Source: a virus
Taxonomy: Duplodnaviria > Caudoviricetes
Virus record (IMG/VR): IMGVR_UViG_3300043432_000237
Span: 32,001 to 96,000 of that record
DNA length: 64,000 bases
Strand: one strand, 5' to 3'
Shown here: positions 19,222 through 28,487 of the stretch, in pieces
How the letters are laid out: every line of letters begins with the position of its first letter
How positions within the stretch are numbered: position 1 is the stretch's first letter
Made by a program: the position numbers and the translations under genes
Notes under the pieces: generated by a model
Told to the model about the DNA's origin: nothing
Seen by the model: the letters and a program-made list of their open reading frames with translations, nothing else
Database searches by the model: none

Positions 19222-19515
19222 ATGCAAGACGGTATCTTTCTCTCGTCTCCCACGCGGGGAACGCTGCCCACGTCGCGCAACGCGCTCATTGTGGCTCAGC
19301 GGCCGACTTCGCTGGGCCGAGTCAACTCGGCCGGCGTGGCCCTCACGTTCGGTGTGTTCGGTTTGGTGCTGGCCGGAGGAGCCTACGGGGGCTACCAGCT
19401 GGGTAGGCGTTACAAGCATCCCCTGGTGGGCGCCGCCGCGGGTGCTGCCGTCGCGTACGTCCCCGCCTGGATGGCGGGTGCTGTCACTGCGCTTCTCACG
19501 ATGGGCAGCGTGTGA
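19222..19515 (+). CDS. Small multi-TM membrane protein
   Basis: TSLGR then Gly/Ala-rich hydrophobic helices. Confidence 0.65.
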   Translation: MQDGIFLSSPTRGTLPTSRNALIVAQRPTSLGRVNSAGVALTFGVFGLVLAGGAYGGYQLGRRYKHPLVGAAAGAAVAYVPAWMAGAVTALLTMGSV

Positions 19516-19521
19516 GGATCC

Positions 19522-20964
19522 ATGCAAGACGCTGGAATCGGGCTCCGCCGACTCTCCCCTCGCGACACCCTGGCCGGCGATCCGGGCGGGAGCATAACCG
19601 GCGTCAGCACCTACGAGCTGCCCGACGGAGCGATCTGTTGGTGTGTCGAAACGCAGTGCGACTACCAGTTGCACAAGAGTTCCACGACAGCGGCTGACGG
19701 AGTCTACGTCGTGGCGCCGGCCGCTGGCCCTGGTCGCTGGTTTCAACTGGCAGTGGGGAACAACGTGCTGGTGCAGCCGAGCTGGTACGTCAACGCGGTC
19801 ACTGGTTCAGACGCCAACGACGGCACGACGGCGCTGACCCCGCTGCTCACGTTGGCGGAGCTGTACCGTCGAACGGTGGGCAAAGTGTTCGCCGTGAACG
19901 CTACGGTGTACCTGAGTGGTGACTTCAGCGCAGAGGCACTGGTGCTGGACGCCTGCGTCGCGCCGGGGGTGCAGGTCACGGTGCGCGGTGAAGTCCGACA
20001 GGACGGCAGTTACTCTGTCGGGGCGTATACCGCGTACAACGGTGCAACGAGCACTCCGGCGGTAGTGAGCGACGGCGGAGCGACCGCATACGCTGGCGAC
20101 GTGGGCAAGATCGCGCGGATGACTTCGGGAGCGGCAATCAACTGCTCTGCTCCGATCATGAAGGCGACGGCCGCTGGAGCGTTCCGACCTGGACACTTCC
20201 AGTCGGTGGACTACGTGACGATGGCTCCGGGCGTCGGCGACACCTACGTGGTCGAGGAACTGCTCACCAAGGTAGGGACCATCCAAACGCGCATGAGCGG
20301 CAGCGGTGGAGACTACTCGGTCTATGCCCCGCGCCTGCTCGTGCGGGACCTGGATGTGTACCCGCCGGCAAACACGCCTCAAGACCTGTCGTTCAACGCA
20401 GGCGACGCGAGCGGAGCGGGCACCTTGCTCTACCGCGTGCGTCTGTCCGGTGGCGCCCTGGGCAATGTGTGGCTGACCGGTAGCGGGGTCCAGCTGCTCT
20501 GCACGTACTCCAAAGCCGATTGCTATCTCACCGTCGCCGGTTCAGCGCTCTACTGCTGGGGCTTCGTGGCGATGGGCGGGCTGCAGGTCAACAACAGCAT
20601 CTTGAATGTCCCCTTTGACATGATGCTGGTACAGGGTCACGCGGTTTACTTCTACGGAGGCCAAGTCGCCGCAGTCGCAGGCATCGGGTTCCTGGACATC
20701 GGAGCCGGCGACGGTGCCGGGCTGATCGTCAGCACCGGAGCCAACGTCGAGGCATCCGCCGGGACGTCGTACCTCTGGAGCAACGGAAACCTGTGCGCGT
20801 ACGGTATCCGAGTAGGAGCAGGATCGATGGTCACCTACGGAGTGAAGCCGACGGCCACCGGCGTCACGAACGACACGCTAGTCGGCGGGACCGCCAAGGC
20901 CTATGCCGCGATCCCCTACTTCGAGGCCGCCAACGGCGCGGGCATCGTGGTCTACCAGGGATAG
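19522..20964 (+). CDS. Putative receptor-binding spike (shared N-domain plus beta-helix-like body)
   Basis: N-domain paralogous to ORF 768; WYVNAVTGSDANDGTTALTPLLT is a typical beta-helix entry motif. Confidence 0.65.
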   Translation: MQDAGIGLRRLSPRDTLAGDPGGSITGVSTYELPDGAICWCVETQCDYQLHKSSTTAADGVYVVAPAAGPGRWFQLAVGNNVLVQPSWYVNAVTGSDANDGTTALTPLLTLAELYRRTVGKVFAVNATVYLSGDFSAEALVLDACVAPGVQVTVRGEVRQDGSYSVGAYTAYNGATSTPAVVSDGGATAYAGDVGKIARMTSGAAINCSAPIMKATAAGAFRPGHFQSVDYVTMAPGVGDTYVVEELLTKVGTIQTRMSGSGGDYSVYAPRLLVRDLDVYPPANTPQDLSFNAGDASGAGTLLYRVRLSGGALGNVWLTGSGVQLLCTYSKADCYLTVAGSALYCWGFVAMGGLQVNNSILNVPFDMMLVQGHAVYFYGGQVAAVAGIGFLDIGAGDGAGLIVSTGANVEASAGTSYLWSNGNLCAYGIRVGAGSMVTYGVKPTATGVTNDTLVGGTAKAYAAIPYFEAANGAGIVVYQG

Positions 20965-21019
20965 AGCAGCCACCGAACCCTTGGCAGCGCCAGGCGCCCA
21001 GTGATAAGTCACCAGGCAG

Positions 21020-21610
21020 ATGGCCAATGAGCTGTTCGAGGCGCTGAGCAAGGTTGCGTTCTCCCTGCAGGGCTTGCCGCGCGGCTCACTGGGTGGCCCG
21101 GTCTGGGAAGAGCTGAAGCCCTGGCTGGAGAAGTTGATGTCACACGCGGCGCCCAAGTGGTTGCCGCGCCTGAGCTTCGCGTTCCCCTGCCAGGTGGCTG
21201 TGCATCGACAGGGCGTGCCCATTGGGCCCTGTCCGCACCGGGCCATCGCGAGCTGCGACGTCTGCGGTGGCGCCTGCTGCCTGCACCACGCGCGCATCGA
21301 CCAGCTGGGCGACGCCATCTGCTACCCGTGCGTGGCGCGCGCTGTGGCGGCACACCGTGGCGGCGGCGCACCTCCGGCGCCCCCTCCGCGCAGCAAGGCA
21401 GAAGAGCTGCGCTGGGCCCGCAAGCTGCTCAAGGTCAAGCCGGAGGACGACTGGGAGACCATCCGCGCGGCGCACCGGCGCGAGAGCGGAAAAACCCACC
21501 CGGACCGGCAGCGCACCGACAAGGCCAAGGCCAAGGCCACCGAGCGCTTCAAGCTGGTGCAGCAGGCGTTCGAGGTGCTCAAGCTCGAACACGGCCCCAA
21601 GACGGGCTGA
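21020..21610 (+). CDS. Zn-finger plus J-domain (DnaJ-like) co-chaperone
   Basis: Cys/His cluster; IRAAHRRESGKTHPDR...ATERFKLVQQAFEVL with HPD motif. Confidence 0.8.
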   Translation: MANELFEALSKVAFSLQGLPRGSLGGPVWEELKPWLEKLMSHAAPKWLPRLSFAFPCQVAVHRQGVPIGPCPHRAIASCDVCGGACCLHHARIDQLGDAICYPCVARAVAAHRGGGAPPAPPPRSKAEELRWARKLLKVKPEDDWETIRAAHRRESGKTHPDRQRTDKAKAKATERFKLVQQAFEVLKLEHGPKTG

Positions 21611-21658
21611 CGTTCAGGTTTTTGGTCGATGGCCGAGCCGGGTGGTAGCCTGACCTCC

Positions 21659-21868
21659 ATGAGCTACGGATCGCTGGGTGAGAGCTACGCCATCACGCTG
21701 CCGGTGGTGGGGCACACCTCCATGGAGCTGCCGGTCCAGAAAATCACGCACGACGCCATGAGCTACGCGCTGGAGGATCTCAAGCTCCGCGTCAAGGCGA
21801 AGCTGCCGGTCGTGATCGGTGTCGGTCTGCTCGGCGTGGCCGGCTATCTCGTGATCAAGAGGATGTGA
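21659..21868 (+). CDS. Small tail-anchored membrane protein
   Basis: MSYGSLGE; TM plus KRM. Confidence 0.65.
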   Translation: MSYGSLGESYAITLPVVGHTSMELPVQKITHDAMSYALEDLKLRVKAKLPVVIGVGLLGVAGYLVIKRM

Positions 21869-22194
21869 TGAGCTACGTGAACACCAGCAGGCCGTACTAC
21901 GAGCAGTTCCAGATCGACACGCCCCTCGAAGAGGGCACGATGGGCTGGTCGCGCGCTCCCTGGCCCGGGTGGGGTCAGAACGCCAACCTGATCGGTCCCA
22001 AGCAGATCGCGGTCGGCTCCAGCCCTGACGGACTCGGTGCGTACTACCGGAACCAGGAGAACCGCGCGATCGGCCAGGACGCTGGCTCGGGCGGTGGTGC
22101 GCTGGTGGTCGTGATGTTCGCGTGCGCGGTGGTCGGCGGGCTGGTGCTGCTCGGCAGCATGCGCGAGATCGGCAAGCAGCCGCGTCGTCGGTGA
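21868..22194 (+). CDS. Tail-anchored membrane protein
   Basis: DGLGAYYR, RAIGQ; TM plus KQPRRR. Confidence 0.7.
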   Translation: MSYVNTSRPYYEQFQIDTPLEEGTMGWSRAPWPGWGQNANLIGPKQIAVGSSPDGLGAYYRNQENRAIGQDAGSGGGALVVVMFACAVVGGLVLLGSMREIGKQPRRR

Positions 22195-22198
22195 GATC

Positions 22199-22570
22199 GT
22201 GATCGCGCCGCTGACCGATCCGTGGTTCGAGGCGGAGTTCTACGGGCAGGCCACGCAGTACAGCTACCGCTTGCAGGGAGCGAGCATCGAGGGCGCGCAG
22301 GGACTCTTTCTGTGGTGTCCCTGTGGCTACGGCCAGGCGCAGTACCCGCTGTCCGGGCCTCGTCCCCATGGCCTGCTGGTGCCCTTCGCCAACCCTCGCA
22401 ACGCCCCCGCGTTGCCGGCCGAGCATGGACCAGTCGGTCACTCAGGAGAGCATCCGCGCTGGACGATGGCCGGGTCCGGGCTCGCAGATTTGACGCTTGC
22501 GCCGTCAGTAGACGTCGGCGCGCCGCAGTCCTGCTGGCACGGATTCATCCGCAACGGAGAAGTCAGTTGA
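22199..22570 (+). CDS. DUF6527-like Cys/His protein
   Basis: LWCPCG...LTLAPSVDV...CWHGFIRNG. Confidence 0.55.
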   Translation: MIAPLTDPWFEAEFYGQATQYSYRLQGASIEGAQGLFLWCPCGYGQAQYPLSGPRPHGLLVPFANPRNAPALPAEHGPVGHSGEHPRWTMAGSGLADLTLAPSVDVGAPQSCWHGFIRNGEVS

Positions 22571-22594
22571 CAGCTCTGCTAGCGCGGTGCTAGC
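22567..22594 (+). promoter_or_regulatory. Promoter with paired GCTAGC boxes
   Basis: TTGACA 22567; GCTAGC at 22578 and 22589; ATG 22606. Confidence 0.65.
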
Positions 22595-22605
22595 CATCAG
22601 CGAAC

Positions 22606-23220
22606 ATGTCCGAGGGAAACAAGCTGATCCCGCCCGTTGCGCCGATGGGCTGGGTCAAGGGTGGCACTCCGACGAGCGCGCACGAGCGCCAGATCGCCAA
22701 GCAGGATTTCGACGCCGAGCAGCGCAGGAAGTTGCTCGATGCGCAGGTCGGGGCGACGCAGACCGGCAAGCTGCCGGATGCTTTGCGCGCTCCGGGCATG
22801 GACGGCGGCCCCGGCGTCGCGCGCATGAACAGTCTGCGCCTGGGCGGGCGCGACCACGCGGCCATCGTGCTGGGTGTGCGCCACCCGAAGGACAACCAGA
22901 TCCTGGACTGGATCACCTGTGAGCTGAGCGCCGAGCCGAAGCCGGACGGCACGCAGGAGCTGGTCCTGGTCCTGGCGTGCGTGCGCTGCATCAAGACGCT
23001 GGGCAAGCACAGTCAGCGCTCGCAGATGACCATTCGCCAGAGCAACCGCATGTTCTGGTTGGACCAGCGTCGAGCCGGCGAGATCTGGGTCAACCCGAAA
23101 GACAAGAACGAGGTCTACACGCTGGCGGGCACCATCACGACCAACGACTGGATCACCTGCCCCAATGAGGGGTGCGGGTGGAGATTCAAGATCGACGACA
23201 GCATCGTGAGGTGTGACTGA
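22606..23220 (+). CDS. Hypothetical Zn-binding protein
   Basis: CVRC and CPNEGC pairs. Confidence 0.65.
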   Translation: MSEGNKLIPPVAPMGWVKGGTPTSAHERQIAKQDFDAEQRRKLLDAQVGATQTGKLPDALRAPGMDGGPGVARMNSLRLGGRDHAAIVLGVRHPKDNQILDWITCELSAEPKPDGTQELVLVLACVRCIKTLGKHSQRSQMTIRQSNRMFWLDQRRAGEIWVNPKDKNEVYTLAGTITTNDWITCPNEGCGWRFKIDDSIVRCD

Positions 23221-23534
23221 TGGGACAGGATCGCCGCCGCCGCCGCTTGGCGGCCAAGGGACACTTGAAGCTCTTGCGCGGAGGCGTGGAGCCCGCCCCG
23301 GTAGGGGCGCCGCTGTCTAGTGCTCCGGACCGCTTGGGTCAGGCCGTGCTGGTGCTGATTCAGAAGATGCGCACGATGCCGGAGCGCTGTGATCCCGCGG
23401 CCGAGGTCAAGGTGTTGCTGCAGGTTGCAGCCAAGCTGGCCGAGCAGCTGGGAGCTGACGCCGATCAGTTTGCGGCGGTCGCCCAGCACGAGTTCGTGGA
23501 GTACCTGTCGCAGCCGTCCAAGCCAGGAGCCTGA
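23220..23534 (+). CDS. Hypothetical protein
   Basis: Translationally coupled ORF. Confidence 0.55.
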   Translation: MGQDRRRRRLAAKGHLKLLRGGVEPAPVGAPLSSAPDRLGQAVLVLIQKMRTMPERCDPAAEVKVLLQVAAKLAEQLGADADQFAAVAQHEFVEYLSQPSKPGA

Positions 23535-23535
23535 G

Positions 23536-24876
23536 GTGGAAGAGTTCACGGAGCCTCCGACTCCGACCGCCGAGTCGCTGCGCGAGGTGGTCTTCGCTTC
23601 TGGTACTGCCGCCGAGCATGCGTTCGGGGTGCTCTACCAGGGCGAGCACGAGACGCTGTGGGACGGTACGGGCGTGGCGGTGCGCTTGCACGCGCGCGCA
23701 CTGGCCTCGACGGGGCTACCGCTGCTGCTCAAGAGCTTCAGCAACGTCGTGATCAACGAGAACGGCATTGCGGAGCCGCTGCACGTCGTCGGCCTGGATC
23801 CCAAGCTGCAAGAGCAGGTCGGCGCGCTGCGCAACAGCTCGATCGCCACGCTGGTGCCGCTCATCAAGCACCTGGTCGTCCGTGACGCCGATCACCTGCG
23901 CAACGTGATCTACCCCAAGGGCGTCGTGGCCGCGGACATGGATCAGCTCATGCAGATGCGTGAGTCGGTGGCCCGGGCGACGATCCTCTACACGGTCTGG
24001 GAGCGTGAGAAGATCGATCCTGCCATCGCCAAGCACCTCGCGCGCGTGGCCGAGTGCTGGGTGCCATGCGAGGACAACGCGGCCATGTTGCGCCGGGCCG
24101 GTGTGCAGCGCGTGCACGTGGTGCCGCACCCCTACGACCCCGCCGATCCGTTGTGCACCTTCCGCGCGACGCGCCGCCCGCTGGCGCAGCGGCGCTTCTA
24201 CTCCATCGGGGCCTGGCAACCCCGCAAGGGCTATGATCGGCTCCTGGGCGCCTTCCTGCTCGCGTTCCGGCCGGGGGACGATGTGCACCTGACGCTGAAG
24301 ATCAGCGGCGGCCAGTGGCCCAGCTACGAGCCGCCGGAGGCCGCACTGGGGCGCTGGCTGCAGGACAAGCGCGTCGTGCAGCGCGGCTGGACGTACGACA
24401 GCCTGCAAGGCTACCTGCGGGTCGCCACCGCACGCCTGCCGCAGCCGGTCATCCAGCGCATGCACTACGAGAACAACATCTACGTGAGCAGCTCGCACGG
24501 CGAGGCCTGGTGCTTGCCGGCGTTCGACGCCAAGCTCGCGGGCAATCGCCTCGTGCACGTTCCATTCGGGGGGACGAAGGACTTCGCTGGTCCGGGGGAT
24601 GTGGCGGTGCCGATGCGCCCCGGGCCGGTGCACCCGAGCTACCGGTGGGAAGCGGATGCGACCTGGGCGGACTACGAGGTCGAGGAATTGGCGGCGGCGT
24701 TGCAGACAGCGGAAGCCCCGACGACGTACGAGTTGCCGCCAGGTTTCGAGCAGCGGTTCCAGCTTGGCCACGTGGGCCAGCAGATGGCCGAGCGCGTGCT
24801 GGCCGTTGTGACCGCGACGCAGATCCGGCTGGCCGAGGCCTATCTGCGGAGCCAAGTGCGTCCGTGGTTGCCATGA
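23536..24876 (+). CDS. Glycosyltransferase, GT-B (family 4-like)
   Basis: FYSIGAWQPRKGYDRLL; YVSSSHGEAWCLPAFDA. Confidence 0.85.
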   Translation: MEEFTEPPTPTAESLREVVFASGTAAEHAFGVLYQGEHETLWDGTGVAVRLHARALASTGLPLLLKSFSNVVINENGIAEPLHVVGLDPKLQEQVGALRNSSIATLVPLIKHLVVRDADHLRNVIYPKGVVAADMDQLMQMRESVARATILYTVWEREKIDPAIAKHLARVAECWVPCEDNAAMLRRAGVQRVHVVPHPYDPADPLCTFRATRRPLAQRRFYSIGAWQPRKGYDRLLGAFLLAFRPGDDVHLTLKISGGQWPSYEPPEAALGRWLQDKRVVQRGWTYDSLQGYLRVATARLPQPVIQRMHYENNIYVSSSHGEAWCLPAFDAKLAGNRLVHVPFGGTKDFAGPGDVAVPMRPGPVHPSYRWEADATWADYEVEELAAALQTAEAPTTYELPPGFEQRFQLGHVGQQMAERVLAVVTATQIRLAEAYLRSQVRPWLP

Positions 24877-25069
24877 AGACCTGTTGCTGGTGCTCTGGGG
24901 TGAGTGCGCGACCGCTCGACGTGGACGGCGAGCACTACCATGCGCGCTGTCTGCGCGAGTGGCGAGCGCTGGCGCGCACGCTGCGCGCCAGGGCCGGGCA
25001 CAGCACGCAGTTGCACGACAGCCTGGAGGTCGTGCCACCGCAGATCCATTCCAGCGTGGGAGTGCTGCC

Positions 25070-26149
25070 ATGAGTCAAGCCCGGTTGTATGGTCGCGTGC
25101 TGGGCAACGGCTCGCACGTGCAGGTGACGCGCGGCTTCCAGCAAGCCCTGAGCGCTGCGGGCCTGCTGGCGGGTCAGGTGCACCTGGATCTGGACGAGGT
25201 GGACGAGGTGCCGCCTGGAGCGAGCGCGCCCGTGGCGGTGTTCACGGGGCCGCTCAACATGGTGGCGGCCATGCGGCGCAACGCCGACCACCGCGAGCGC
25301 TGGACGCTGGTGGCCCCGAACAGCGACAAGAGCCCGCCGCGCCTGCTGGCTACCGTGGTGGAGCACTCCACCCGCATCCTGACCCCGAGTGACTGGGGCA
25401 CGCGCGTGGTCCAGGCGCAGCTCACGGAGCTGGGGTTGAGCTGTCCCGTTTCGACCGCTCCGCACGGCATCGCCCCGGAGCTGCGAGTGCACCCCGAGGC
25501 GCGCGCGACGATGGAGCGGAGCTACCAGGAGGGCGCCTTCAAGGTGCTGCACTTCTCGACCAGTGATCGCCAGCGCAAGGGCACGCGCGAGCTGCTGCAG
25601 GCCTGGCAGGAGCTGGCGCCGGTGCTGGGAGACCGCGCACACCTGATCTTGGTGCTGGATCCTCTGGCGGAAAGCGCACTGAGAGCCTGGTGTGTGGACG
25701 AAGATGCGCAGCGCCTGATCCTGCACCCGCAGGTCAGCTTGCTCACTCGACTGGATTGTTCCCCCGCGGACATGGCCCGCGTGCTCTCGTCGGTGCACGT
25801 GGTCTGTCAACCCTCACGGGGAGAAGGTTTCGGACTGGTGCCGCTCGAAGCGCGCGCCTGTGGCGTGCCGGTAGTCATGACCGACTGCACCGGGCACAGT
25901 CAGCACACGCACATTGGGGATCCGGGCGTGCTGGTGGTGCCGACGTACGACCCCGCCCCCATCGACGACTGGGAGGGCGCACGCGCCCCTGCGCTGCGCG
26001 TGCCCGATCTGATCGAGTTTTTGGCCGGTGCGCACGCGCTCTGGCCGTCCCTGAATGCCTCCGCGCGCGCCGCCGCGCCGGAGATTCAGTCCTGGTGGAG
26101 CTGGCCCGAACAGCTGAGAGGAGTGCTAGATGCCATCCGAGAAACCTGA
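25070..26149 (+). CDS. Glycosyltransferase, GT-B (family 4-like)
   Basis: QRKGTRELL; VCQPSRGEGFGLVPLEARACGVPVV. Confidence 0.9.
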   Translation: MSQARLYGRVLGNGSHVQVTRGFQQALSAAGLLAGQVHLDLDEVDEVPPGASAPVAVFTGPLNMVAAMRRNADHRERWTLVAPNSDKSPPRLLATVVEHSTRILTPSDWGTRVVQAQLTELGLSCPVSTAPHGIAPELRVHPEARATMERSYQEGAFKVLHFSTSDRQRKGTRELLQAWQELAPVLGDRAHLILVLDPLAESALRAWCVDEDAQRLILHPQVSLLTRLDCSPADMARVLSSVHVVCQPSRGEGFGLVPLEARACGVPVVMTDCTGHSQHTHIGDPGVLVVPTYDPAPIDDWEGARAPALRVPDLIEFLAGAHALWPSLNASARAAAPEIQSWWSWPEQLRGVLDAIRET

Positions 26150-26639
26150 GGGCGCGTCGGGAAATCTTCCGGGCCCGTGTCGATCGCTAACGGCTCCCGA
26201 GATCGTTCGCATCATCAACGGTATGTTGTTCTTCCTGTGTGGAGCCGTCTCGGGCACTCGGCTTCAGGCTCGGCTACCTGCGTTCAGCGATGAAGAGCTG
26301 GCCGAGGTCGTGCAGCAGTCTCTGCTGGGCATCGAGGCCTACTACCAGACGCCGATCTCCACGGCTGCGGAGCTGGAGCGCACGGCGCGCGGGGTGCGTA
26401 GCAACCCCTTCGTGGCCATGGTCATGACCCCAATCGAAAGTTTGCTCAAGTCCAGCGCGCTGCTGTTTCCTGCGCCGGTCGTGCAAGAAGCGCTGAGCTG
26501 GTGGGTGACCTCACCCAACGGCCGCGAGCGCATCCGCCTGATCGCCGAATTCACAAAGAAAGAGTTCGAGGCGCACGCCGACTTTTTCGATCAGCTGCTC
26601 AAGCAAGCCACCGCACCAGGAGAACCAGATGGACAGTGA
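26130..26639 (+). CDS. Hypothetical protein
   Basis: Co-oriented ORF with coding-like composition. Confidence 0.55.
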   Translation: MPSEKPEGASGNLPGPCRSLTAPEIVRIINGMLFFLCGAVSGTRLQARLPAFSDEELAEVVQQSLLGIEAYYQTPISTAAELERTARGVRSNPFVAMVMTPIESLLKSSALLFPAPVVQEALSWWVTSPNGRERIRLIAEFTKKEFEAHADFFDQLLKQATAPGEPDGQ

Positions 26640-27108
26640 CAACAAGAAATCAGATCCCGCCGCCGCCGCCGCTTCAACGCTGGCCGTGCCCGAGAAGAAC
26701 AACGGTCTCGGTCACGCAACGGAGGGTGTGTTGCCGCCGCCGCTGGCGCCTGGGGTGGAGCGGCTGCAGCGCTACTTCAACAAGCCGGTGGCCGTGCAGC
26801 TCAGGCGCCCGCTGATCATTCTGGACTACGCCGGTGAGGCACAGATCGGCGATCAGCGGTTCGGGTTGCTGGGCCCCGCCATGATGACCGAGGGCGGCAA
26901 GGAGTCCGCCGTGGGCTCGCACTTCCTGCTGCCGACCGTGTTCCTGAACCCGTCTCCGAATGGCTGTGACCTGGTGGCGTGGATCCAGATGCCCGCGACC
27001 GGGGCAATGGTCGAGGTACTGATCGATCCCGCGGACGTGGAGTTCGTGACGTTCGTGGCCCGCATGCCGACGCCTCCCTCTCCGCTGGTGATGCCCAGGC
27101 AGAACTGA
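26629..27108 (+). CDS. Hypothetical protein
   Basis: SD AGGAG, overlapping start. Confidence 0.6.
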   Translation: MDSDNKKSDPAAAAASTLAVPEKNNGLGHATEGVLPPPLAPGVERLQRYFNKPVAVQLRRPLIILDYAGEAQIGDQRFGLLGPAMMTEGGKESAVGSHFLLPTVFLNPSPNGCDLVAWIQMPATGAMVEVLIDPADVEFVTFVARMPTPPSPLVMPRQN

Positions 27109-27788
27109 TGCCCAGTCCGCTGGAAACGCGCTTCCGGCGGTGGCTGATCGACAAGCTCAAGGTCACGCGCTGGGCCTCGTCGGAAACGGTCAACGCCGAG
27201 CTGGCGCGGCGCCTGGGCGTGCAGCTAGAGGTGCTACTGGCCGCCCAGGCCGAGCTGGACCAGGAGAACCGCGCCGCCGGCCGCCCCCTGACTCAGCTCG
27301 GCCGCCCGACCATCGCCAGCTCGCCCGCCGCGCGCAAGGCTCAGCTGACCCTGCAGCTGCCGCAGGTGGTCTACGCGCGCTGGACCACCGCGGCCCGCGA
27401 CCGAAACCTGAGCCGCGCTTCCCTGCTCCGCAGCGCCGTGCACACCTTCCTGCTGCAGCCCGAGCCTCCCTATCACCCGCCGACCAGCGGGTGGGTGATC
27501 GATGGCGTGCTGCAACCGCTGCCCTGGGAGCCCGAGAAGGCCATCAAGGGCAAGGGGTGGTGGCCGTACTGGGTGAACGCCTCGGTGACCCGGGGCGCCA
27601 AGGAAGCGCTCACGCGCCGCGCTCGCGCGACGGGCTGCAGCGAGTTCGCGTTGCTCCGGTCCATCATGCTGGACGTGATGTCGGGCCAGTTGCAGCACGT
27701 GATCTACTTGACGTCGCACACGGGGATGTGGGACGACCCTGACAAGTACCTGACGATGGAGCCAGCAGCATGGACACGGAAGACCTGA
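27108..27788 (+). CDS. Putative tandem ribbon-helix-helix DNA-binding protein
   Basis: QLTLQLPQVVYARW..AARDRNLSRASLLRSAV and VNASVTRGAKEAL..RARATGCSEFALLRSIM. Confidence 0.55.
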   Translation: MPSPLETRFRRWLIDKLKVTRWASSETVNAELARRLGVQLEVLLAAQAELDQENRAAGRPLTQLGRPTIASSPAARKAQLTLQLPQVVYARWTTAARDRNLSRASLLRSAVHTFLLQPEPPYHPPTSGWVIDGVLQPLPWEPEKAIKGKGWWPYWVNASVTRGAKEALTRRARATGCSEFALLRSIMLDVMSGQLQHVIYLTSHTGMWDDPDKYLTMEPAAWTRKT

Positions 27789-27943
27789 AGGAAGCCCTCG
27801 CTGAAGCCTGTGAGAACGGTCTGGATGGTCTCGACGAATGCGAGATCACCAAGAAGGGTGTCGTGCTCACCTTCATGACCGGCGCGCAGTTTCGGTTGGT
27901 CGTCGAGGATCTGAGCGAAGACGAAGACGACGACGAGGACTGA
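27770..27943 (+). CDS. Small acidic protein (57 aa, not in ORF track)
   Basis: MDTEDLKEALAEACENG...SEDEDDDED*. Confidence 0.55.
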   Translation: MDTEDLKEALAEACENGLDGLDECEITKKGVVLTFMTGAQFRLVVEDLSEDEDDDED

Positions 27944-28211
27944 GCGGTCAACGCGGAGGCGGGTCGAGGCGCATCAGACGAGCCTTGCGATTGCGCCAGA
28001 ACCTCCAGACGTTCCGGGCGTCCATCCCGAACATGCGCTTGCCGATCGGCGCTCCCCCGACCACCTTGCCGTCGTGGACCGCCAGACAGAAGACAAGCCA
28101 CTGGCCGGTCTCCCCCTGCACCTCGATGCGCATCCAAGGCAGCTCGTGCAGGGGCGGAACGTCAGCCATGCCCAAGCACGTAGCACCCCTGGCGCTCGTT
28201 CCGCAAGCGGG

Positions 28212-28248
28212 TTGACAGCGAAGCTAGCGCGATGCTAGCGTCGCTAGC
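28212..28248 (+). promoter_or_regulatory. Promoter with three GCTAGC boxes
   Basis: TTGACA 28212; GCTAGC at 28223, 28234, 28243; ATG 28251. Confidence 0.7.
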
Positions 28249-28250
28249 GC

Positions 28251-28487
28251 ATGGCCAAGAAACTGCTGTTCGACATCAAGGATCTCACCCGGCTGGTGGT
28301 GGCCGGCGTAGTGGAAGAGTACGCCTGCTCGGGCACCGAGGTCTCGGTGCGCTGGATCGTCGAGCCCGGAGCGATCAGCTGCATCGTCCTGGTAGGCGGC
28401 GCTGCCGAAGAGCACGAGGAGTTCCACAACGAGCCAGCTCGCGCGGACACCGTCAAGACCACGATCCCGATGGAACTGAAGTCATGA
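28251..28487 (+). CDS. Hypothetical protein
   Basis: First ORF after promoter. Confidence 0.55.
   Translation: MAKKLLFDIKDLTRLVVAGVVEEYACSGTEVSVRWIVEPGAISCIVLVGGAAEEHEEFHNEPARADTVKTTIPMELKS

Noticed and set aside
768-19750. Diversity-generating retroelement or invertible shufflon for the spike paralogs
   Set aside because: No reverse transcriptase, differences are not adenine-specific, and no inverted recombination sites were seen.
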